Source of the DNA: Octopus bimaculoides
Taxonomy: Eukaryota
Assembly: GCF_001194135.2 (NCBI RefSeq)
Contig: NC_068986.1
Span: 17,089,960 to 17,148,532 of the forward strand
Reading direction: 5' to 3'
Length of the DNA: 58,573 nt
In this document: positions 12,311 through 24,623 of the stretch, piece by piece
How the letters are laid out: every line of letters begins with the position of its first letter
How positions within the stretch are numbered: position 1 is the first letter of the stretch
Translations under genes and position numbers: made by a program
The notes under the pieces: generated by a model
Databases searched by the model: none
Told to the model about the DNA's origin: nothing
The model's input: the letters and a program-made list of their open reading frames with translations, nothing else

Positions 12311-12432
12311 CGGCAGGCTTCTTTCAGGTTTCGTCAACCTAATCTACTCATAAGTTTTGGTCGGCTCGGGGCAATATAGAAGATACTCATAACTTAGGAA
12401 AATGTCAAACAGTGGAATTGAACCCTAAGATG
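12311..12432 (-). mobile_element. SINE family B, degenerate partial
   Basis: CTTCTTTCAGGTTTCGTC..CTACTCATAAG..TTGGTCGGCTCGGGGC..ATAGAAGATACT resembles the reverse complement of family B. Confidence 0.65.
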
Positions 12433-12580
12433 TGTGTGTGTATGTGTGTGTGCGTGTGTGCGTGCGTATATAGACACCTGCTCCCTCAAATTTTTCGGAA
12501 GCAAACTTTTTACTACACAACGATGCCTGTGCTTATTCACACATACATACATACAGGCATGCATACAGGCATACATATAA

Positions 12581-12637
<57 letters not shown>

Positions 12638-13477
12638 GAAACAAACATACATACATACATACGTACATATATATATATATATGTATGTGTGTATGTGATT
12701 GTAAACGGGTTTCTCTGTGTGTATATATTGATGTATATGTAGGTGTACGTAAATGTGTGTGAGTGTGTGTGTGTGTGTGGGTGAGCATGTGTATCTGGTG
12801 GCGCATGTGTTCCTCCTTATATATTCTATCTCCTCCGTTTCCATTTGTTTCAGCAGAATGCAACCACGTGATCCTTGCATTGTACAAATGCACCTGGCAA
12901 CTTTTCTTCATGCAACTTTTGAATTCCTTAATTTGTTTTTTTAATGTTCCTTAATTTAGTTTTCCTCATGCTGTTCCTGTACTATATTTTTATCTGTCGT
13001 TGTTGAAGTCGATGCTACCGCCATTTGTTGTTGTTGTTGTTGTTAATGTTATTATTATCAGTTTAACTGACACTTTTGTCTTTCCTTATTCACTTCCGCC
13101 TTCGCTTCCCCCATCTTCACCGCCGTCATATCCGCATCATCTTATTTATTTATTCGTTCTCTATTACCTCCGTGCATGCTTCCTCTCGTTTTCATTTTTC
13201 AAATGTTTCTATAAAAGTCACTTTGCTTCTTTTTGTGTTATTGACAATGATGACAATAATGACGATAAAAACCATTATGATGACGATGATGAAGTTGACG
13301 TTGGCAGAGATATTGCAGCATCATTTAGTACTGTTACTCTCATCATTATAAATATTATCCCAACAGCAGTAAATATAATTCCAGCAAAACTATTAATGGA
13401 AACATTGACGTTCATAAATATGTACACACCAGGCACACATACGTACAATCTATGTCTGTCTCTTATTCTCATATATA

Positions 13478-13526
<49 letters not shown>

Positions 13527-13614
13527 CTCTTTCTCTCTCTGACACACATACACACACACACTCATATATTTATATATATAAAGACAAGTAATCGTAATTT
13601 ATAAAAATATTCTC

Positions 13615-13998
13615 GAGAGCAGTTGGAAACTCAACTGTGACATGGCAAATTCCTGCAACAAGTTGAAGTAAAGAACGCTGTTTGTAGCTGGTAGATGCAA
13701 ACTTGAGACAAAAAAAATGGAATTATTAAATATAGCCACCTAGGTACAAGATATTTAAACCAATTTGATAAATGCAAATATGAATAAATCTCAGAGAGCA
13801 AATGTTGAAGCTTTGGGAAAGGAAACGAAAATATTATCCATCTCTTAAGTAAATGCTGTTAGGAGGTACAAAATGAATATAAAAGCAAATGTTACTGTGT
13901 CGCAAAAATAGTGCATTGGGAGGTTAGTAGTGTCTGGATCTAAAGTAGCAGAAACGTTGTATGGACTTAAAACAAACGATGCTAAAGAGAATAATAAC
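13615..13998 (+). pseudogene. R4/Dong-like (RLE-type) non-LTR retrotransposon relic, C-terminal region, part 1
   Basis: Frameshifted translation SSWK..HGKFLQQVE..SW..ELLNIAT*VQDI*TNLINANMNKSQ..SKC*SFGKGNENIIHLLSKC..NEYK..VAKIVHWEV..KENNN matches the R4-clade pattern WK.K.LHGQF / AAQEQAL.TN / CR.C...E...HI...C / EYK.RHD.VA..VHW. Confidence 0.75.
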
Positions 13999-14107
13999 TC
14001 TTTTACTCTTTTACTTGTTTCAGTCGTTTGACTGGGGCTCTTTTGCAGAACCGTTAAGTTACGGGGATATAAACACACCAACATCGGTTGTCAATCGATG
14101 GTGGGGG

Positions 14108-14170
<63 letters not shown>

Positions 14171-14577
14171 NNNNNNNNNNNNNNNNNNNNNNNNNNNNNN
14201 NNNNNNNNNNNNNNNNNNNNNNNNNNNNNNNNNNNNNNNNNNNNNNNNNNNNNNNNNNNNNNNNNNNNNNNNNNNNNNNNNNNNNNNNNNNNNNNNNNNN
14301 NNNNNNNNNNNNNNNNNNNNNNNNNNNNNNNNNNNNNNNNNNNNNNNNNNNNNNNNNNNNNNNNNNNNNNNNNNNNNNNATATATATATATATATATATA
14401 TATATATAACGATATATAACGGGCTTTTAGTTTCGGTCTACCAAATCCACTCACAAGGCTTTGGTCGGCCCGAGGCTACAGAAAAAGACACTCGCCCAAG
14501 GTGCCACGCAGTGGAACTGAACCCGAAACCATTTGGTTGGTAAGCAGACGTCTTGTCACACAGCCACGCCTGAGCCT
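13999..14577 (-). mobile_element. SINE family B, near full length, inserted into the R4-like relic (spans a gap)
   Basis: 3' body at 13999-14110 and head/CORE at 14420-14577 match family B at 29829-30290. Confidence 0.85.
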
Positions 14578-14720
14578 AGAATATTAGGAGAATTCCTCAT
14601 AAACACTCAGCAAACTATTCAAACAAGAAAACTAGCTATAACTGAACAGGATAAGAAAAAAGCTATACAAGATAATTGATTTTACAATATCATAGGATAA
14701 TAAAGAGGATTCGAAAGAAT
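14578..14720 (+). pseudogene. R4/Dong-like relic part 2 (decayed restriction-like endonuclease region)
   Basis: ILGEFLINTQQTIQTRKLAITEQDKKK / LYKIIDFTIS*DNKEDSKE parallels ILWDF.IQTD..I.ARRPDI...DK.....IIDFAIP.D....KE; collinear with part 1. Confidence 0.65.
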
Positions 14721-16204
14721 CTCCTGTATTCTGCATAAATCCTGAGAATGATTTTCAGATTTGAGAAGTTTTCTTGTTATCAAATCTCAAGACGACATTC
14801 CAACTAAAGAAAGTAGCATGACCTCTAGCGAGGTCAAGTTCATGTTCTACACTTTCGGGATACAACTCTTAGTTAGTGACCTGTTTCTTGTTTGTACGAT
14901 GTCCAAGAGGTCAATGACATCCGTTACAAAAGTAAATGTATACTTACGAAAGGGCTTCAGTTGTGTGTCTACAATGCTTTGAGTAAAAATTTTCATTTAG
15001 TAAATTTTCAATAGTTGCATTTACATTTTCTACACACAAGGAAAAAACTTATTTTCCTGTACACGCACACACACACACACACGCACACACACACACGTAT
15101 ATATATATATGTATGTATATATGTAAATGTATGTATGTGCGTGTCTGTTTGAATATGAATGTCTAAAATGATTGCCACTTATATGGCGGACGACATTCAT
15201 ACGTGTTTCAATAGTGTTTAAGTTTCGTTAACGTAGCATNNNNNNNNNNNNNNNNNNNNNNNNNNNNNNNNNNNNNNNNNNNNNNNNNNNNNNNNNNNNN
15301 NNNNNNNNNNNNNNNNNNNNNNNNNNNNNNNNNNNNNNNNNNNNNNNNNNNNNNNNNNNNNNNNNNNNNNNNNNNNNNNNNNNNNNNNNNNNNNNNNNNN
15401 NNNNNNNNNNNNNNNNNNNNNNNNNNNNNNNNNNNNNNNNNNNNNNNNNNNNNNNNNNNNNNNNNNNNNNNNNNNNNNNNNNNNNNNNNNNNNNNNNNNN
15501 NNNNNNNNNNNNNNNNNNNNNNNNNNNNNNNNNNNNNNNNNNNNNNNNNNNNNNNNNNNNNNNNNNNNNNNNNNNNNNNNNNNNNNNNNNNNNNNNNNNN
15601 NNNNNNNNNNNNNNNNNNNNNNNNNNNNNNNNNNNNNNNNNNNNNNNNNNNNNNNNNNNNNNNNNNNNNNNNNNNNNNNNNNNNNNNNNNNNNNNNNNNN
15701 NNNNNNNNNNNNNNNNNNNNNNNNNNNNNNNNNNNNNNNNNNNNNNNNNNNNNNNNNNNNNNNNNNNNNNNNNNNNNNNNNNNNNNNNNNNNNNNNNNNN
15801 NNNNNNNNNNNNNNNNNNNNNNNNNNNNNNNNNNNNNNNNNNNNNNNNNNNNNNNNNNNNNNNNNNNNNNNNNNNNNNNNNNNNNNNNNNNNNNNNNNNN
15901 NNNNNNNNNNNNNNNNNNNNNNNNNNNNNNNNNNNNNNNNNNNNNNNNNNNNNNNNNNNNNNNNNNNNNNNNNNNNNNNNNNNNNNNNNNNNNNNNNNNN
16001 NNNNNNNNNNNNNNNNNNNNNNNNNNNNNNNNNNNNNNNNNNNNNNNNNNNNNGAAAAAACTTATTTTCCTGTACACGCACACACACACACACACGCACA
16101 CACACACACGTATATATATATATGTATGTATATATATACATCGTCACCGTTAGTTGATTTTGTTTACATTCATTCGCTTCTTGTTCTTTTTTCTCTAGTA
16201 CAGC

Positions 16205-16320
16205 TTGTTATTGCCGCCACTCCCACCACTACCACCGCCACCACCATCTCCACCAGCACCAGCACCAGCAGCACCACCACTACCACCACCAACAACAACA
16301 GCAACAATAGCCTCTACCAA
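16205..16320. repeat. (CCA/CAG/CAA)n trinucleotide tract
   Basis: Direct inspection. Confidence 0.85.
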
Positions 16321-17296
16321 TATTATCCTTAAGTACTACCTTGCATGCAAACGAATTAGCTTACGCGTTAAATCGTTCGACGAAATTTTATTTTATCACT
16401 GTTCCGGTTCTTCACATTCTAAGTTCGAATCCGACACTGTCAAACTTTGTTTCTGATCGATCAATAAAGAATCAGTAAAGTTCTGGTATTGATTCCTCTC
16501 TCAACCAATCTCGAAACTGGCAAATAAAGAGGAGTTTTATCAAGGCCACCGCGAAACCTTTCACCGCCATTTTGAGGGACTTGACTGAAAGACTAACCAC
16601 CATTACTACTGCCGCTATCACAATCATCGCCACCACCACCACCACTCAAAAATGTTTTTTATGTGTTTCAAAACAGAAATGATGTAGTTACAAGTAAAAT
16701 GACAATTATATACAAAAGAGAATAAAAAAGAAATATGTAAACTGGTTTCATTAACTGGATTATTTTGGTGGGCTCGTACTGCGAATTTCCGCTTGTACTT
16801 CGAGACAAAATTTCACACTAGTCTCGACTCGTACAGCGAATTCCTCGTACAATGTACTTAGAATTGAATAATAGTTTCACATTTTTGGAACAATTTCGAT
16901 TTCAGATCTGAACTGCTACTTATTTTATAAATCTTGGAGTGCAAGGTCAAACATGGCGGAAATTGAACGCGGAGTGTAAAGACATATAATATGTTGCTGA
17001 GTGTTTTTTTCTGACGCTCTAACGATTCTGCCATCTCGCCGTTTCTACATTTACAGCTAAATAATTAAAACGATAAGAACAACAATAATACTTTCTGTTC
17101 TTGCTATAGACACAAGGTCTGAAATTTTGGGTGGGAGGGGAATCGACAATTACATCGACCCCAAGGCCACACGCCTTCACGTATTACCTGTAACACTTCA
17201 GGTAAATTAACACTTATTTCATCATTTATTTGGAATGCAATTTCACATGTTGAATTTATACCGTCCATAAACTGATATAAAACACATCTATATGTT

Positions 17297-17512
17297 CTTT
17301 TCTACTTTTGGTACAAGACACGAAATTTTTAGGGAGGGGGCCAGTCAATGAGATCAATCCCAGTACACAGCAGGTACTTAATTTATCGACCACGAAAGAA
17401 TGAAAGACAAAGTCGAAATCCGTGGAATTTGAACTCTAAACGTAAAGACAGACGAAATACGGTTAAACATTTCGTCTGGCGTACTAACGATTCTGCCAGC
17501 TCGTCGACTTAA
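17297..17512 (-). mobile_element. SINE family A
   Basis: GGTACTTAATTTATCGACCACGAAAGAATGAAAGACAAAGTCG..GGAATTTGAACTC..CTAACGATTCTGCCAGCTCG. Confidence 0.85.
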
Positions 17513-17575
17513 AGAACAGCACTAATAACAACGTCAACAACAATATATAATCATCACTACCATTACTACCCTCAC

Positions 17576-17649
17576 CAGCCCACTGCCATTTCTATTCCAT
17601 GGCCTCCACTATAAAAAGAGCGGCAATTATGTTTTATAGTTTCTTCATG
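17576..17649 (-). CDS. Candidate 74-nt internal coding exon of an unidentified gene (HEETIKHNCRSFYSGGHGIEMAVG)
   Basis: Acceptor cttctcgcatttgcattttcctgcag|, donor CTG|GTGAGG, one open frame (phase 0 in, phase 2 out), non-repetitive sequence; peptide not recognised. Confidence 0.5.
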
Positions 17650-17933
17650 CTGCAGGAAAATGCAAATGCGAGAAGATAATGTTCCAACATGCTGCCTAAA
17701 CCAACTCCTCTCACCCACCACAATCGCCGCAAATCCTCCCACGACTACAACCATAACATATATGTACGTATTTACATCTATCAATCTCTCTCCCTAGATA
17801 TGCATGTATAAATTCATATTTATAAATACATACACGCGCACCATACACGTACACACAAAAACGTTTATAGTCAATAGATATAATATTGTTTGTTTTTACG
17901 TATATATGTGTGTATATGTATGCCAATATACAC

Positions 17934-17971
<38 letters not shown>

Positions 17972-18404
17972 ACACATATAGAACCACCACACCTTACTTT
18001 CCTTAAATATCATCTGTATATTCTTCCGTATTTTTTCATTCATTAATTTCTTTCTCCTCGAACAATTTCATCGTTCATTCCATTTGTTTCATTCTCAGAT
18101 ATTTTTTTCCATGTTTTATTCCAATGTATATTTCTGCAGTTTGTGTCTTTCCTTTATTTGTTTAATCATTAATTTTTTTTTCTTGTTCTTCCCTCCTTCT
18201 CCATTTTTCCTCTTTTATTTTACTAACCTTTTCCTTTGTTTTTCTTTTTTCTATTTTTCTCTTTTGATAAATATTTTATTTTTCTGTTAGAAAATACTAT
18301 TTAAATTCAGTATTGCTTCAGTCAATTTAATCAATTATTGTACAAGTCGGCACCAACCCCATTGCACTCATTGCACTGAATTGCTACACACACACACACA
18401 CGCG

Positions 18405-18435
<31 letters not shown>

Positions 18436-18575
18436 GCACACACACACACACACACACACGCACACAAACACACATGCATATATGCAAAAAACACCCACCT
18501 ACACAACATACCATTTAATACACTCCACAAATAATAGCAAATAGTACAGAATTAAAGAATTATTATTATTACTAC

Positions 18576-18639
<64 letters not shown>

Positions 18640-19365
18640 AAAAATGTATGCCATTAATANNNNNNNNNNNNNNNNNNNNNNNNNNNNNNNNNNNNNNNNN
18701 NNNNNNNNNNNNNNNNNNNNNNNNNNNNNNNNNNNNNNNNNNNNNNNNNNNNNNNNNNNNNNNNNNNNNNNNNNNNNNNNNNNNNNNNNNNNNNNNNNNN
18801 NNNNNNNNNNNNNNNNNNNNNNNNNNNNNNNNNNNNNNNNNNNNNNNNNNNNNNNNNNNNNNNNNNNNNNNNNNNNNNNNNNNNNNNNNNNNNNNNNNNN
18901 NNNNNNNNNNNNNNNNNNNNNNNNNNNNNNNNNNNNNNNNNNNNNNNNNNNNNNNNNNNNNNNNNNNNNNNNNNNNNNNNNNNNNNNNNNNNNNNNNNNN
19001 NNNNNNNNNNNNNNNNNNNNNNNNNNNNNNNNNNNNNNNNNNNNNNNNNNNNNNNNNNNNNNNNNNNNNNNNNNNNNNNNNNNNNNNNNNNNNNNNNNNN
19101 NNNNNNNNNNNNNNNNNNNNNNNNNNNNNNNNNNNNNNNNNNNNNNNNNNNNNNNNNNNNNNNNNNNNNNNNNNNNNNNNNNNNNNNNNNNNNNNNNNNN
19201 NNNNNNNNNNNNNNNNNNNNNNNNNNNNNNNNNNNNNNNNNNNNNNNNNNNNNNNNNNNNNNNNNNNNNNNNNNNNNNNNNNNNNNNNNNNNNNNNNNNN
19301 NNNNNNNNNNNNNNNNNNNNNNNNNNNNNNNNNNNNNNNNNNNNNNNNNNNNNNNNNNNNNNNNN

Positions 19366-19398
<33 letters not shown>

Positions 19399-20050
19399 GA
19401 TACACATATATGCGTACATGTAATCATGCGTATGTTGCACGCACGCACACACATATGCGTGTGGTTTCGAATGCACGACGTTTTGCATTTATATGTATTT
19501 ATTAGAAATTTCTTGTTGTTTCTTGTAATTACTACTGAATCATTTATGTGCCTGAGGCCCACGCACACTAGTTCAGGAAATATTTGGTGAATTGATAAAG
19601 TAGAATATCCGCCCTGTAACAGCTAAGCAGATTCCAATACCTTTCTTGTGGCGTAAGGGAACCCACCTTCTCCAGACAAGATATCTACCTACTTACTTAC
19701 ATATAATCATTCACTCATGCACTCATTCATTGATTCATTCATTCATTCATAAGTGCATATATACACATAACCCAACAGAATGTATGTGCAGTGGCATATA
19801 TTACAATATCCTGAATTGTGTGCATATTTTTAGATCCTTGGCGATTTGCTTATGTATTTGTATAAGTTTTTGTAGGTTCTTCTTGTTTGAATATCTCATA
19901 TACTGCTACAATTTTCTGAAGATATTCAAATTTGGTAAAAAGTTTCAATTCCTCAGACTGGCAAGTTATCAATTGAGAGTGCTGCGGCAATTAGAAGGCA
20001 TTTCTTTTGTTGGTGTTCTTTTTGATAACACCATCTGAACAAATAGAAAG

Positions 20051-20430
20051 CGGCGAGCTGGCAGAAACGTTAGCACGCCGGGGGAAATGCTTACCGGTAG
20101 TTCGCCTCTCTTTACGTTCTGAATTCAAATTCCACCGATTCGACTTTGCCTTTCATCCTTTCGCGAACGATAAATTAAGTACCAGTTATGCACTGGGATC
20201 TATGTAATCGACTTAATCCCTTTGTCTGTCCTTGTTTGTTTCCTCTATACTTAGCCCCTTGTCGGCAATAAAGAAATAAGAAACGTTAGCACGCCGGGCG
20301 AAATGCCTAGCGGTGTTTCGTCTGCCTTTACGTTCTGAGTTCAACTTCCACCGAGGTCGACTTTGCCTTTCATCCTTTCGAGATTGATAAATTAAGTACC
20401 ATTTACGCACTGGGGTCGATGTAATCGACT
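20051..20430 (+). mobile_element. SINE family A head-to-tail dimer
   Basis: Full copy 20051-20280, then a second copy restarting at AAACGTTAGCACGCCGGG (20281) and ending at about 20430. Confidence 0.9.
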
Positions 20431-20773
20431 GCTCCACCTCATTGCATGTTTTCTTTTATAATAAAAGAAAACATGCAATGCTGCATCGCCTTTCTTTAAA
20501 AAAATCCTGTATTGATATGTGGTGTTACTGTTTTCCCCTGACGAAGGAATCATTACCGTAATGCACCCTCGTGCATTGACTATGTTGATGAACCCCTGAA
20601 ATGGCCATAGGGACTGTAAATATGTTGTTTTTTTTGCTCGGACACCGGCTTTTCTTAAAAGGTTTCCTTTTACCTTAAAAAGTAACTTTTAATCGTAAAA
20701 AAATTCTTAATCGATGAACTTTTATCTATATTCTATATCTTATGTATTTATATGTTTGTTACATACGTATTTA

Positions 20774-20810
<37 letters not shown>

Positions 20811-21621
20811 TATCTTATTTTAAGTTTTATAATGTTAACAAAAAAAATTTCTAGACACTGTAGTATTAATTTATTAATTTAAAAGAAATATTTTTTTATA
20901 CGTAATAGAGTGTACTCATTTTTTGTATATGCCTGTCTNNNNNNNNNNNNNNNNNNNNNNNNNNNNNNNNNNNNNNNNNNNNNNNNNNNNNNNNNNNNNN
21001 NNNNNNNNNNNNNNNNNNNNNNNNNNNNNNNNNNNNNNNNNNNNNNNNNNNNNNNNNNNNNNNNNNNNNNNNNNNNNNNNNNNNNNNNNNNNNNNNNNNN
21101 NNNNNNNNNNNNNNNNNNNNNNNNNNNNNNNNNNNNNNNNNNNNNNNNNNNNNNNNNNNNNNNNNNNNNNNNNNNNNNNNNNNNNNNNNNNNNNNNNNNN
21201 NNNNNNNNNNNNNNNNNNNNNNNNNNNNNNNNNNNNNNNNNNNNNNNNNNNNNNNNNNNNNNNNNNNNNNNNNNNNNNNNNNNNNNNNNNNNNNNNNNNN
21301 NNNNNNNNNNNNNNNNNNNNNNNATATATATATATATATACGGTTGGATTCCACACAGTTTCTTTATCGATTGACTTGCTGGAATACAGAAAAGTCTTCG
21401 CTTTATTATTATCATTTTTTTTTGTATATGCTATTTTATCTTGAGGTGTCTATGTCAGAAGCATTAACACACCAGACGAGGTCAATAAAGCGAGTACCAT
21501 TTGAGGACTGGGGTCGATGTAATTGACTTAACCCTTCTCGTAGAACCTGCTTGCCTTGTGGCCAACTGGAAACCATAGTTTTGGTGAACCATTACTTATT
21601 CCTATTGCAGCAAAGTAAAGC

Positions 21622-22040
21622 AAACATACCTGCGCACGTATACGTAAGTGAGACGTAGACTACTACGAAAAGGAGAGGATATTGACTGGCTACAATACAT
21701 AGTGCTTTGGAGAGATCCATGCTAGGAATATCATTAGGAGAGCATACTCAAAATGAAATAATATGATTAAAGATCAGAATGAATAATGTGATCGCAGAAT
21801 ACCGAAAGCACAAATTCCCTTGGGCTGGACATATCACAAGGTTCACAGACCACAGGTGGATTCATGCAGTTGGCAGTTGCTGAGTGGTACCCAAAAGATC
21901 AAAAAGACCATATGGAAGGACTCCACAGTGATGCAAAGACGATTTAGTGAAACAATTTGGGTCAAGATGGAAAAGAATGGTGCAATCAAGAAAACATTGG
22001 AAGCGGATTGTGACCAGCGGTGTATAAGAGTATCTGATGG
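21622..22040 (+). pseudogene. RTE-clade LINE 3' ORF fragment
   Basis: YVSET*TTTKRRGY*LATIHSALERSMLGISLGEHTQNEII*..KHKFPWAGHITRFTDHRWIHAVAEWYPKDQK/RPYGRTPQ*CKDDLVKQFGSRWKRMVQSRKHWKRI follows the RTE C-terminal pattern (YGSETW, MERSMLG, WAGH, RP.GRP..RW.DD); stops, frameshifts and a 7-bp duplication at 21866-21879. Confidence 0.85.
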
Positions 22041-22409
22041 CCTGGTAGATATTGCAATACTGTGATTGCACTTTACTAAACATTTGATTATTTTAGTACA
22101 GTGGATACTTAATAACAGATTTCTAATTGCTTAAAATTTTTACCTCTCTGTATTTGCGGTAAATAAAGTCTGTCATAGATTTCAGGTGGTGCTCTTTAAA
22201 GGGTGACGTTTTTTCTACGTATGTTTCTGTCTAGTCGTCTTCCTCTTGTTCTCTTCGTTTCATCCGCTCTCCCATCTCGTCGTCATCATTATCATGATCT
22301 TTATCATGACTATCTTCATCCCATCCTCCTCTTCTCCGTCATCATCATCCTTGTCATTGACTTCATCGTCGCCGCCGTCGTCATTGTCGACACCGTCGTC
22401 CACCTCCTC

Positions 22410-22416
22410 CTCACTA

Positions 22417-22457
<41 letters not shown>

Positions 22458-22508
22458 ACTACTACTACTACTACTACTACTACTGTTGCTGCTGCTGCTG
22501 CTGCTGCA

Positions 22509-22562
<54 letters not shown>

Positions 22563-22657
22563 GCTGCTGCTTCTGCTGCTGCTACTACTACTGCTACTAC
22601 TACTACTACTACTACTACTATTACTACTACTACTACTGCTACTGCTACTGCTGCTGC

Positions 22658-22696
<39 letters not shown>

Positions 22697-22700
22697 GAAA
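22410..22700. repeat. Compound (CTA)n/(CTG)n array
   Basis: Direct inspection; source of the poly-T/A, poly-L and poly-S ORFs. Confidence 0.95.
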
Positions 22701-23309
22701 TACTCCGCTTCCGTGATAGAACCTTAGCCATAGAAGCATTGGATTTAGTCGTATTTTTGTGTCACTTTACTGAAAATTCCGTCGTTAATGGCAACAGAAG
22801 CTCAAGAGGAATATTTCTCATTACTATTATTTTAGTCCCTAGAATTTTGGAATTTTCCTAATGTGAGATAATTTTTACCGCTGAAAATTACATTATTTCC
22901 GGTAATGCATTTTAAAGTTACAATTTTTTGTGCTATATTTTGGGATATTTTCAGATAAATTAAAAAAAAAATTTGTTGCAATATTTGGGTAGAGGTGTAT
23001 CCTATTTTACTTGCTATGATAGAAATATTAAAAGGCAGAAATACAATTTTGCTTCGTGAATTTAAAATATTGTTGTTTTCATTACTTAATTGATAAAAAT
23101 ATCAGTAGTAAAGGTCTATCGCTCTATTAACGCAATTCACGGCTCAATATCGTTCAGCTTAGCATGGAACCCAATGGAATATGGAAAATCATATCAACTA
23201 TATAAAGCACATTTTGTTGAGGTTACTATCAAACAACACAATCGCCACCACGAACAATAATAAAAAAAAACCCTATAATATAATGTAAATGGTGCTTCTG
23301 ATAATGATG

Positions 23310-23321
23310 ATGATGTTATTA

Positions 23322-23385
<64 letters not shown>

Positions 23386-23623
23386 GGAGGGAGAGAGAAG
23401 TGAATGCCATCCAAGTGACACTGGGGTTATATATACGAAGCCCAGGATACCCATCATGACTACTCGTCTGATAAGGATTGACCAGGCGCATGCTTCACAA
23501 CAATGTATGCGGGATATGTTGATCTTATGTGAAGATAAACAGCGCATGACCTTGCAGGTGGAGCCGAGTTAGAATTTTCTTCAGGTCGAGTAGCCCATCC
23601 CACTGAAAAGGTCCCTAAATAAG
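23310..23623 (-). mobile_element. Interspersed repeat, 3' half ending in an (AAT)n tail
   Basis: Non-simple sequence 23386-23623 abuts a (TTA)n run; resembles, from memory, the 3' half of an abundant octopus repeat. Confidence 0.5.
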
Positions 23624-24464
23624 TAAATATCCGCAGAATCATCAACTTAGTATGTGGATTACAAAATATAATTTCCAGAACTAGACTTGTGTAAATATTA
23701 ACAGGTGAAACCATTGGTACGTAGGTAATCGTTTTTTAGTTCGTATATTTTCATTTGTCTTGCTCATTTTTACAGTTTGGCGTCTTTGAGAACATACTCT
23801 TCGTGGTTAGGTAATTTGGTATATATTTCTAGCATATAGGAGTCCACTTTTGGTGGTCATTCCTTTTAATTTTGTATGTAATATAATTTTAATCTTCAGA
23901 TTTTTTAAATATGCTAGGCCACTGGTTTTTAATGACTAATATCAATTTCNNNNNNNNNNNNNNNNNNNNNNNNNNNNNNNNNNNNNNNNNNNNNNNNNNN
24001 NNNNNNNNNNNNNNNNNNNNNNNNNNNNNNNNNNNNNNNNNNNNNNNNNNNNNNNNNNNNNNNNNNNNNNNNNNNNNNNNNNNNNNNNNNNNNNNNNNNN
24101 NNNNNNNNNNNNNNNNNNNNNNNNNNNNNNNNNNNNNNNNNNNNNNNNNNNNNNNNNNNNNNNNNNNNNNNNNNNNNNNNNNNNNNNNNNNNNNNNNNNN
24201 NNNNNNNNNNNNNNNNNNNNNNNNNNNNNNNNNNNNNNNNNNNNNNNNNNNNNNNNNNNNNNNNNNNNNNNNNNNNNNNNNNNNNNNNNNNNNNNNNNNN
24301 NNNNNNNNNNNNNNNNNNNNNNNNNNNNNNNNNNNNNNNNNNNNNNNNNNNNNNNNNNNNNNNNNNNNNNNNNNNNNNNNNNNNNNNNNNNNNNNNNNNN
24401 NNNNNNNNNNNNNNNNNNNNNNNNNNNNNNNNNNNNNNNNNNNNNNNNNNNNNNNNNNNNNNNN

Positions 24465-24535
24465 GTTCGGTCGGCTGCGAAATCCTCCCAGGACTTGGTG
24501 TTCATACCAAATGCCTTCATGTCCCTCCTGCACAT
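24465..24535 (-). pseudogene. RTE-BovB-like LINE C-terminal fragment running into a gap
   Basis: Minus-strand MCRRDMKAFGMNTKSWEDFAADR resembles the BovB/RTE C-terminal motif CKRDMKA..I....WE..A.DR..W. Confidence 0.7.
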
Positions 24536-24564
24536 GTAGGTATGTATGTATGTGTCTGAGGGTT

Positions 24565-24623
<59 letters not shown>

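Noticed and set aside
16941-17040. AACATGGCGG YY1/start-like motif
   Set aside because: Lies within a degenerate family A SINE (aligns to AAAGTCGACCTCGGCGGAATTTGAAC).
17600-17625. SFYSGGH resembling the PAP2 phosphatase SFxSGH motif or fibrinogen NC...YSGG
   Set aside because: Key residues differ or an insertion is required; insufficient to name the gene.
20538-20570. CTGACGA core-like motif (similar partial hits near 2295, 40931, 49300-49342 and 50369)
   Set aside because: Missing GAAA or stems; too degenerate to separate from chance by eye.
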